A stretch of DNA of 58,623 bases from a virus: IMG/VR virus record IMGVR_UViG_3300005471_000003, positions 1 through 58,623 of that record, one strand, 5' to 3'. The notes below the pieces were generated by a model, which saw nothing but the letters and a program-made list of their open reading frames with translations, did not search any database and was not told the DNA's origin. Below, piece after piece: positions 10,111 to 17,321 of the stretch. The translations under genes were made by a program, and so were the position numbers. How positions within the stretch are numbered: the first letter of the stretch is position 1; each line of letters opens with the position of its first letter.

Positions 10111-10859
10111 ATATGAAGATTGAGTTATGCGCAGCAGGCCGACTGTTGTCGATTGACGATGGTCGAATCGTGATTGATCGGGAGACGGTTCTAAAGTTAC
10201 GCGATGCGATTGACAAGGTGCTGCCGCAAATGCCGTTTACAATGGCCAGCGCACCGCCCCCACCCACCCCGCCTGCTGACGCGGAGTCGCTGCGGGGGAC
10301 AGCGGCACGGAATATCGCTGGTAGCCTTGGTCGGTTTACGCCGGTTGGTGAGAGCTATATCCGCGCCGCCTGCGAAGCTCACGCCGAAGCCCACGCCGCC
10401 GCACTCGCGCAGGAGCTATTGGACACACGTGCCTGCTACACGCAAGCGTTTTCAGACCGCGAGCAACTCGCGCATGAGCGGGACCGTTGGAAGACCGCAT
10501 ACGCCGATAAATATACGGAAGTCGACCGGCTCACCGCTGAGCGGGACGACCTGTTAAAAGCGAACCATCTCTACAGACAAACCACTAACAACGCTGTTGC
10601 AACCGTCCAACGTATCGCCGCCGAGCGAGATGCCGCCGTTAAGCATTGCCAAATACTTAGCGACGGACGTGCTGAAGTGCTTGACAAAGTCGAACGCCTT
10701 ATCGCCGAACGGGACAAGGCGATTGCCGCGTTGCGTGCTATTCGTCCGCTAGTGCGGGAGGCATTGGGCGGCGAACAATATGACGGACCCCCACTCGAAG
10801 ACCTGCTCGCGCAGATCGACGCCGCCCTTGCGCCGACGCAGAAGGAGGAGAAACTGTGA
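10107..10859 (+). CDS. hypothetical coiled-coil protein
   Basis: 250-aa ORF with an ATGA overlap. Repeated ERD..L heptad-like segments. Confidence 0.55.
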   Translation: MNMKIELCAAGRLLSIDDGRIVIDRETVLKLRDAIDKVLPQMPFTMASAPPPPTPPADAESLRGTAARNIAGSLGRFTPVGESYIRAACEAHAEAHAAALAQELLDTRACYTQAFSDREQLAHERDRWKTAYADKYTEVDRLTAERDDLLKANHLYRQTTNNAVATVQRIAAERDAAVKHCQILSDGRAEVLDKVERLIAERDKAIAALRAIRPLVREALGGEQYDGPPLEDLLAQIDAALAPTQKEEKL

Positions 10860-11023
10860 GCAAGCTTTTACGCCGTGTCGTCTGCCGTCTGTTCCACAAA
10901 GCGCACTGGCACGAACAGGTCTATACCGATAGAGCGCGTTACTATCAGCGAACCGAGTGCTGGAAGTGCGGTATGGCGCAATCCGTCTACCGCGTGTGCA
11001 AAAGCGATCCCACAAAGCCATGA
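10856..11023 (+). CDS. hypothetical small Cys/His protein
   Basis: GTG 10856 overlaps the upstream stop (GTGA). 55 aa (VSKLLRRVVCRLFHKAHWHE...ECWKCG...). Below the size cut-off of the ORF track. Confidence 0.3.
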   Translation: MSKLLRRVVCRLFHKAHWHEQVYTDRARYYQRTECWKCGMAQSVYRVCKSDPTKP

Positions 11024-11828
11024 CCACCCCCCGCAAGCCCGCCAAGCGTGACGCCGCCATGCGAAAGGCGTTTGACCAAGCTCGAAATTGCAAGTTGACA
11101 AAGTGATGACCAGATTTCAAATTGGCGCTGTTCAACGGGCATGTGCCCATGACAACAGCGAATGCAAACGCGATTTAGATTCCAAGCTTCAGCGGTGCTA
11201 TGGCCCGTTGAACACTCGCCAAACATACGCTGTATGTGGCACCGTCAGCTTGAGGATCGCACCCAGCCAGTCTAACGACTGCGCTGGGGATTTTTCTCTG
11301 CACCGCCGAACCTGTTCGATACCGAGCACAGTAAAAGCAAGGTCTGTTTCATCCAGCGGTTTATTCATAACCGTGGGTCGCCTGCCGAAAGGCCAGGTAA
11401 ATGTCAGAGACAGAATGCCGTCGGCGACTGAGAAGTTGATCGCATGGGTTTACCTCTGGTTGCACCGCTTATTAGGACTCGTAATAAGGGGGTCAGGGGG
11501 TTTCTGCCTCCCCTCGGGGTCTGTATCCGATGCGGCTTGTTACTCCTTTCCATGCCCGTCCTAATCGTCAAGTCGGTTCATCGTATGGCCGCATGTTCCC
11601 TCATCTGGCGCACATTTGATCGACCGTTCGCGTCTGAATCTGATTACCAATCTATGATCGACGAAATAGCCGAAAAACTCGCTCAAAACAGACTCGTCAT
11701 AATGAGAAGAATCGGCGATGAAATTATTGTCACGTCGAGGAAATGAGGAGCGCCAGCGTTACCCACAAGGGCAGCAGAGCCGCATTTAAGCCAACCGTAG
11801 CTACACGCCCTGCCCGTGGCGCTCAAAG

Positions 11829-11990
11829 TCAGCGGTGCAAAGGAGGTCCGAACTGTGCCCATCCGAGCAACAAGAGTAACACTAGCAGCACAAGGTTTGG
11901 TGCGTGCGCCCGCCAGTTCGTACCATTTTGCCATGCGCCGAATACGACCCAAATCAACATGACGATCCAAAAAGCTAGGCCGATGTTCAT
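11829..11990 (-). CDS. small two-TM membrane protein (last gene of the minus-strand operon)
   Basis: ATG 11990 overlaps the upstream stop (ATGA). MNIGLAFWIVMLIWVVFGAW...LVLLVLLLLLGWAQF. Confidence 0.5.
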   Translation of the reverse strand: MNIGLAFWIVMLIWVVFGAWQNGTNWRAHAPNLVLLVLLLLLGWAQFGPPLHR

Positions 11991-12169
11991 GATTCCCCCT
12001 CGGGTTGCGCGTAAGGCCTGGCGAACACCGCTGCCTGACGCTTTTGAAAGTCCGCTTCCTGTTCCGGCGTCAGCTCTCCTCGAGCCTTTGCCAGCGCGAT
12101 CCACTGCGGTATCAGCCCAAGCAGCGCGTCTGCCACGCCGATGGCCGCTAAAATCTGGTCTGGGGTCAT
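11987..12169 (-). CDS. hypothetical small protein
   Basis: 60 aa, with ATGA coupling to both neighbours. Confidence 0.5.
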   Translation of the reverse strand: MTPDQILAAIGVADALLGLIPQWIALAKARGELTPEQEADFQKRQAAVFARPYAQPEGES

Positions 12170-12609
12170 GGTGCCTTTCGTGATGTGCTGGCTTCAGCCA
12201 GGTGGTATGCTGCGCTTTGCAGGGCTGTGCGCACTGCCGCCAGCGCCGCGTCCAGTTTACCCGTGTTCTCCGGCGTCCTAACGCTCTGATACGTGGCTGT
12301 CGCCTTAGTCAAATCATCCAGATAGCGCTTGCCGTTCTTGCGAATCTCCTCCGCGCTCTCGTGTATCTTCGGGTTGAGCGCACGCAGCGCCGCCTCATTC
12401 TCTCGCTCGACCTTCATAAAGGCGTCGAACACGCCTAGCGCCGATTCGCGCAGGTTCTGCGCCGTCACCACAACCGCGTCCGCCACGGCGTTGGTGTCGT
12501 AAGTGTTGCTCGATGGATTGTATTGGCCTTGGGCAGTCTTGCAGCCGCTGTTGCAGCCCGCCACAGCGAGTACCGCCGCGAGCATGACCGCGTTTAGTAG
12601 TCGTCTCAT
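12166..12609 (-). CDS. putative lipoprotein
   Basis: Signal peptide plus lipobox MRRLLNAVMLAAVLAVAGC. Helical mature part. Confidence 0.7.
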   Translation of the reverse strand: MRRLLNAVMLAAVLAVAGCNSGCKTAQGQYNPSSNTYDTNAVADAVVVTAQNLRESALGVFDAFMKVERENEAALRALNPKIHESAEEIRKNGKRYLDDLTKATATYQSVRTPENTGKLDAALAAVRTALQSAAYHLAEASTSRKAP

Positions 12610-12658
12610 ACTCGATTTCTACTTGCTTGGGCTAGGGTAGTCAACATAATCGCAGTGA

Positions 12659-12724
12659 GCACTCAGACGCGATCTGAGTGCCCGCCGCTAAACACAACAG
12701 TGAGTGACCACCGTTATGCCTAAA
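12659..12724 (+). promoter_or_regulatory. conserved leader copy A: hairpin + GCTAAACACAAC box + GTTATGCCT start context
   Basis: 9-bp stem gcactcaga/tctgagtgc (12659-12681), box at 12687-12698, ATG 12716. Near-identical to copy B at 20273-20311. Confidence 0.55.
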
Positions 12725-13390
12725 AGAAAACCTATCACACCCGGAACTCGCTTCACAAGGATTGTCGCAATTGGCCCGCACAAACGCATCGAGAAAGGAA
12801 ACCGTTGGCGCTGGCATGTTTTCTGCCGATGCGATTGCGGTAAAGAATTATGGATGGATGAAGACAGCCTTCGTTCAGGCAACTCAAAGTCATGCCAATG
12901 TATAAAGGTCATCAACATGAAAAAATTGGCAACGACACACGGACATTCTGCTGGAAGAAAAAGGACACAAGTCTATCAAGTGTGGGTTGGAATGCGCCAG
13001 AGATGCCGAGATTCTAAAGACAGATTCTGGCACCGTTACGGAGGTCGCAACATTACTGTCTGTGAACGCTGGCAGACGTTCGAGAATTTTGTGGAAGATA
13101 TGGGGCCAGGAAAGCGTGGTTGGACTATCGAAAGAGTGCAAAATGATTCCGGGTATTGTTTGCAAAATTGTGTGTGGGCACAGCTAATTCATCAGGCTCG
13201 CAATCGTTCAAACAACCGAATTGTTACCGTTGGAGGAAAAACTGGATGCGTGGCTGCATTGGCAGAACATTTCAAAATATCCAATGCTGTTGTCCGAAAC
13301 CGATTGCATTCGGGATGGAGTGTTGAAGACGCATTCTTTAAGCCGGTGCGAGCACGCGCTGGATTGCCTCAAGCAACTGATCTTTTGTAA
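12716..13390 (+). CDS. His-less HNH-like (homing-endonuclease-like) protein, paralog 1
   Basis: CRCDCGKE...SCQC, YGGRNITVCERWQTFENFVEDMG, ERVQNDSGYCLQNCVWAQ..QARN. Paralog of 20303-20926. The family is recalled from many phage and bacterial genomes and its function is unproven. Confidence 0.6.
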   Translation: MPKRKPITPGTRFTRIVAIGPHKRIEKGNRWRWHVFCRCDCGKELWMDEDSLRSGNSKSCQCIKVINMKKLATTHGHSAGRKRTQVYQVWVGMRQRCRDSKDRFWHRYGGRNITVCERWQTFENFVEDMGPGKRGWTIERVQNDSGYCLQNCVWAQLIHQARNRSNNRIVTVGGKTGCVAALAEHFKISNAVVRNRLHSGWSVEDAFFKPVRARAGLPQATDLL

Positions 13391-14840
13391 ACGGTTTAAA
13401 AATCATAGCCGCTGGTTCCGGCTCAATTGGTTCCTCAAACTCTCGCCCGGTAATGAAGATCGTTATAGGATGGAACCCCTGCGCGTGCAAATTACGCACT
13501 AATTCCCGACCGCAAAAAATTGGAAGCGCCAAATCGCTTATCAGCAAATCCACTTTCTCAGCAGACCTAAAGAAATTCAATGCTTCCGGCCCATTGCAAG
13601 CTGAGAGCACTTTGTAATTTGCTTGCTCAAGCATTTCAGTCATCAAACAGCGCAATCCTTCTTCATCATCCACGAGCACGATGACTTCACCGTTGCCTTT
13701 GAATTCGATCTTTGGCCGTTCGGCTTCCTGAACGAATATCGGCAAATAAATGTTGAACGTCGTGCCGTTTGATCCAGTCTCGACCGCGACAAAACCTCCG
13801 TGTGCTTCCAGAATCGGCTTCACCATAGCCAGTCCAAGTCCGGTGCCTTCGCTGCCTTTGGTCGTGAAATACGGTTCCCACACCTTGTCGATAATATCTT
13901 CAGGGATTCCAGGCCCTGAATCCCTGACTGATATGCACACATAATCTCCTGCCGGTTGTTGCAATGTTTTATTCTGAGCTTCGATGGAGAGTTTTCCGCC
14001 TCCCGGTTGCATGGCATATATCGCATTGATGGCCATGTTGACCAATAGCGTATTGATCTGCGTAGAGTCGCATTTGATGTTGGACGTGCCAACTTCGGTT
14101 CGGACGCTCAACTGGACATTGGATGCGCTCGCTTTGTAACGGATCATGTTTCCAACTTCTCCAAGCAAAGTATCCGGCGTAACATTCTTCAAAGCGACTC
14201 CGTTTGATCCTTTCGAGAACGTCATCATCTGCTGAACGAGTCCGGCACCTTTGTTCGCTGCGTTCCACATCGAATCGACGATATGTACGTCAGAGGGATT
14301 TACTCGACCCCTCAGAAGACCGATACCCATGACGACTGATGAAAGCGTATTGTTGATGTCGTGGCAAATTGCGGAAGTTAGTGCGCCAACGGCTTCGTGA
14401 CGCTGATTTCTCATGGCTTGAGCCTTCAGCCTTTCTACTTCCTTGGCTTGTCGATCCAACTCCTCCGCTTGTCTTGACTGACGATGCGCTTGCGTGATGG
14501 CCCTTGGCAAACCAATCAATGAGTCCTTGAGAAAGAACCTCGAAGCTCCTGCGTCACACGCGAGATCGGCTTCTCTTGGCCCCACACTTCCTGTCAGGAT
14601 TATAACGGGAGTAAACGGATGAAGACCGCGTGAAAGTCGAATGGCTTCTTGTCCGGTTATGTCTGGTAGCGCGAGATCAACGACGACGACATCAGTTTTT
14701 TCGTTCAGCAACTTTCTGAATTCCACACCGTTTACGGCCACATCCACAATTGCCACGCCGCGAAGCTCTCGCATCACGAGCATGGCATCGTTCCCGTCAT
14801 TTTCGAGGAGCACGACCTTGATCTTATCAGCCGCACTCAT
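13338..14840 (-). CDS. hybrid sensor histidine kinase (REC-HisKA-HATPase_c-REC)
   Basis: REC1 VVLLENDG...VVVVDLALPDITG. H-box SAICHDINNTLS. N-box LLVNMAINAIYAM. G1 VRDSGPGIP. G2 GTGLGLAMV. REC2 IVLVDDEEGL...LLISDLALP...KPF. Confidence 0.85.
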   Translation of the reverse strand: MSAADKIKVVLLENDGNDAMLVMRELRGVAIVDVAVNGVEFRKLLNEKTDVVVVDLALPDITGQEAIRLSRGLHPFTPVIILTGSVGPREADLACDAGASRFFLKDSLIGLPRAITQAHRQSRQAEELDRQAKEVERLKAQAMRNQRHEAVGALTSAICHDINNTLSSVVMGIGLLRGRVNPSDVHIVDSMWNAANKGAGLVQQMMTFSKGSNGVALKNVTPDTLLGEVGNMIRYKASASNVQLSVRTEVGTSNIKCDSTQINTLLVNMAINAIYAMQPGGGKLSIEAQNKTLQQPAGDYVCISVRDSGPGIPEDIIDKVWEPYFTTKGSEGTGLGLAMVKPILEAHGGFVAVETGSNGTTFNIYLPIFVQEAERPKIEFKGNGEVIVLVDDEEGLRCLMTEMLEQANYKVLSACNGPEALNFFRSAEKVDLLISDLALPIFCGRELVRNLHAQGFHPITIFITGREFEEPIEPEPAAMIFKPFTKDQLLEAIQRVLAPA

Positions 14841-15178
14841 GGTTGTGCTCCGAAGTCACGGCGTGTTTGTGCGCGTTCATCGGCCTGCTTGAGAAGAAGG
14901 TGCGCCGTCTCAGCCTTGCGCTCCTCATCGCGCTGATCCGCCCAACGACCGTATCCCCTGTTCATGTATGCCGCGATGTTGATGGCGATGCTGCCGAGGA
15001 TGCCCGCGATCAGGATGGCGAAATCGAACATATCCACTCCGCCCGGCGTGTGGCTTTTGGCCTGCATCTCCTTCAACGTGCTGACGAGGAATACGCTCAG
15101 GTTGCCCACCACAAACGACCCGCCCACCAGCACCACGGGCCAGTGCGTCGATTTACGGGTGAACTCGGTTTGCGCCAT
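14837..15178 (-). CDS. two-TM membrane protein with a charged C-terminus, translationally coupled to the kinase
   Basis: WPVVLVGGSFVVGNLSVFLV and FAILIAGILGSIAINIAAY, then RWADQRDEERKAE. ATGA overlap with the kinase start. Confidence 0.6.
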   Translation of the reverse strand: MAQTEFTRKSTHWPVVLVGGSFVVGNLSVFLVSTLKEMQAKSHTPGGVDMFDFAILIAGILGSIAINIAAYMNRGYGRWADQRDEERKAETAHLLLKQADERAQTRRDFGAQP

Positions 15179-15327
15179 TGCCTATAACTGTGACACGGCG
15201 CAAGATGGGTGCAACCCTAAGTCTCTGGAAATATGCGCCCACCTGCCTTGGCATGGAGCGTGCAGATGTGGAGCCTGCAACCGACCTAGCGCGGCTTGAA
15301 TCCCCGCGTTCTTCTAAGACACGCGGC

Positions 15328-15356
15328 GGCGGGCAAGTCTCGTCGCCGCGCCCGCC
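15328..15356 (-). terminator. GC-rich hairpin directly after the stop of 15357-15893
   Basis: 7-bp stem GGCGGGC/GCCCGCC with a 15-nt loop. No clear U-tract. Confidence 0.3.
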
Positions 15357-15893
15357 TTAGTAGCCAAGAATGCGCCTGCGTTCCCGTGTGTCTTCGCTCA
15401 CGAACTCGCCCGTCGTCCAGTCGGACAGCAGTTCTTCGACTCGGGCGCGTGTCTCAGGCGCAAGCAGCATCTTGTCGCGGTTCTTCGCATACCAATCGCA
15501 GACTTCGATCTTGCCTGTGATGGCACGCCCAGCTCCCACCCAGTCCGCCACCATCTCGCGAATGCACCGTTCAGGCATCGGCAGCGGTTTGTAGCGCGGC
15601 TCGTCGCTGTCCGTGATGAGACACCAGAATTGCCAATGGTGGTCGTTGACTTTCTGGTGATGGTTCCACGCGGCGTCGAACTCCATCTTATCGAAAGGAT
15701 CACGCATCTTCCAATCGCGCTTGGTGCCGTCGCGGTTGTAGAACGAGTTGGCGTAAGGCTCCCATTCGCACGGCAGGAACTTCGTCCAGTCGTGCTTGAT
15801 CGCACGCCACCAAAGGCCGTAACGCAAGCAGGCTTGTCCAACGTAGAGCTTGTGCCGAAGCACGTAGCGAAGGTATGCGAGATGGCGTTTCAT
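15357..15893 (-). CDS. DUF5662-like protein
   Basis: IKHDWTKFLPCEWEPYANSFY and WNHHQKVNDHHW resemble the HD.SKF...Y / HH motifs I recall for DUF5662. Confidence 0.5.
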   Translation of the reverse strand: MKRHLAYLRYVLRHKLYVGQACLRYGLWWRAIKHDWTKFLPCEWEPYANSFYNRDGTKRDWKMRDPFDKMEFDAAWNHHQKVNDHHWQFWCLITDSDEPRYKPLPMPERCIREMVADWVGAGRAITGKIEVCDWYAKNRDKMLLAPETRARVEELLSDWTTGEFVSEDTRERRRILGY

Positions 15894-16063
15894 GGGTGCT
15901 GCGGATGCGACGGTCCCGCGTAATGGTTCGGAAACCGTGTTGAGCCAATGCCATTGCTCTGCTCGCCTGGATGCGAACCCTTGCTGCGGTCCGGTCCAGC
16001 AACCACCGCCACGCTCGCCGCGAACAGTAGGAAAAGGGTAAATGCAGTCAGCTTCGTTTTCAT
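15890..16063 (-). CDS. small secreted protein
   Basis: 57 aa: MKTKLTAFTLFLLFAASVAVVAG signal-like N-terminus. ATGA overlaps at both ends. Below the track cut-off. Confidence 0.45.
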   Translation of the reverse strand: MKTKLTAFTLFLLFAASVAVVAGPDRSKGSHPGEQSNGIGSTRFPNHYAGPSHPQHP

Positions 16064-16359
16064 GCGAGCACTACGTCCGCAACCAACTTCCTTCCTCCGT
16101 TCTCGTCTTCAACAATCACGACGCCCGGAACGAACGTCAACGCTTCAGCAATATTTTCTCCCTGTTGAGTTGTTATCTGAACGACACAGCCAACGCCGTC
16201 GATCTGCATGGCTTTGGTAGATTTCATCCAGCCTTCTTCTTTACTGCTGGCTTTGCACAGCAACCGGAAAGTGTCTCCGTTGCCAACTACTTTTATGTCC
16301 GGCACGTTTTGGCGTGCTCCTGATACGTCCGAGTTATGTAGTGTTTTCATGGTCGCCAC
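16060..16359 (-). CDS. hypothetical protein
   Basis: 99-aa ORF, coupled to its neighbours. Confidence 0.55.
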   Translation of the reverse strand: MATMKTLHNSDVSGARQNVPDIKVVGNGDTFRLLCKASSKEEGWMKSTKAMQIDGVGCVVQITTQQGENIAEALTFVPGVVIVEDENGGRKLVADVVLA

Positions 16360-16991
16360 ACTATCTCACTCCACGCCGAACACAAGCCCGCCCTGCACGA
16401 CTTGAGTCGGTAGCGCGTCACCTTCTGTCGCGCGCGGTTGTCGGACCAGTGTTGAAGTCCTGGTGCCAAGACTGCCACCTGTTGGAAGCTGTCGCTTTCA
16501 ATGGCCCGTTCGATGACCGTTGATGCGGTCAAATCGCTCGACCAGCCTAGGTCTCTGCGGTGCCGTCCGAGATCGTTGAGTGTGATGCCCGTTGGCACTG
16601 GTATGTTCGTCACCGTGTTGCTCGGCGGCCCCTCCACACCGTTTGGCCCAATCGCCGTTACTCGCCACATCGTTATCTGCGTCATGGAAATGCCAGCAAC
16701 AGTCGCCGTCAGTGCCGTATGGTCCGAAATAGGGCTGAACCCCGACGTGCCCACCGCCTGATAAAGGCGGTAGCCGCTCGCGCCCGGCACCGTGTCCCAC
16801 TGCAACGTCACGTCTCCACAGAGCGCCGTCATCGGGCACCAGAGGATAAAAGCGGCCAATACGCAGCAGCGTGCGAAGCGCAACCGGCGTCGTTGGATCA
16901 GCACCGAATCCGTCCATGTCGAAGAACCTGAACTGGTGCTTGCCTCCAGCGTGCCTGACGATTGCATAAAGTTGTCTTCCACCGTTGCCAA
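16347..16991 (-). CDS. putative FN3-like domain protein (virion or surface associated)
   Basis: TLQWDTVPGASGYRLYQAVG...WRVTAIGPNGVEGPPSNTVT is fibronectin-III-like. Start uncertain. Confidence 0.45.
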   Translation of the reverse strand: MATVEDNFMQSSGTLEASTSSGSSTWTDSVLIQRRRLRFARCCVLAAFILWCPMTALCGDVTLQWDTVPGASGYRLYQAVGTSGFSPISDHTALTATVAGISMTQITMWRVTAIGPNGVEGPPSNTVTNIPVPTGITLNDLGRHRRDLGWSSDLTASTVIERAIESDSFQQVAVLAPGLQHWSDNRARQKVTRYRLKSCRAGLCSAWSEIVWRP

Positions 16992-17034
16992 CGAATAGAT
17001 ATGCGCCCGCGCGAAGTTTGTTCACGCCACCAAG

Positions 17035-17157
17035 CTACCACCATTTAACTAAGCCAAGGAGAGCAGAGACCGCACCCGCGAGAAGCAGCCCGATGCTGTT
17101 CGTGAGCGTCGATGTGATGACCAGCACGGCGGCCAACGTGAAGCAGATTGCTCTCAT
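17035..17157 (-). CDS. small hydrophobic membrane peptide
   Basis: 40 aa: MRAICFTLAAVLVITSTLTNSIGLLLAGAVSALLGLVKWW. ATGA-coupled to the upstream ORF. Confidence 0.4.
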   Translation of the reverse strand: MRAICFTLAAVLVITSTLTNSIGLLLAGAVSALLGLVKWW

Positions 17158-17318
17158 CGTCCGAGTTGGTCGATCAGCCTGCGTAGCGCATCGACGTGAC
17201 ACTGTTCGATGTCCGGCTCGTAGTGGCTGGTGCTAACGCACTCTTCAGACTTGCTTAGGAGCGATTTCAGTGCGTCCAAATCTTCCTCCGTAATAGTAAC
17301 TGTTTTCGGTTCGCCCAT
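17154..17318 (-). CDS. hypothetical small acidic protein
   Basis: 54 aa: MGEPKTVTITEEDLDALKSLL... Below the track cut-off. Confidence 0.4.
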   Translation of the reverse strand: MGEPKTVTITEEDLDALKSLLSKSEECVSTSHYEPDIEQCHVDALRRLIDQLGR

Positions 17319-17321
17319 AAA

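Noticed and set aside
11465-11492. Anticodon-stem-loop-like hairpin cttatta-ggactcg-taataag (possible tRNA or tmRNA fragment)
   Set aside because: The 7-bp stem and the loop sequence do not fit the tRNA anticodon loop rules (no U at loop position 2), and no cloverleaf can be built. It is retained only as part of the structured-region finding.
15290-15325. tRNA T-arm-like sequence (gcggcttgaatccccgc) in the gap upstream of the kinase cassette
   Set aside because: The hairpin has a 9-nt loop. No acceptor, D or anticodon arms can be drawn around it. It is treated as part of an intergenic hairpin region.
16498-17025. 175-aa minus-strand ORF overlapping 16347..16991 in another frame
   Set aside because: It has an Arg/Gly/His-rich, non-protein-like composition. 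The alternative frame carries an FN3-like segment and fits the neighbouring gene boundaries.
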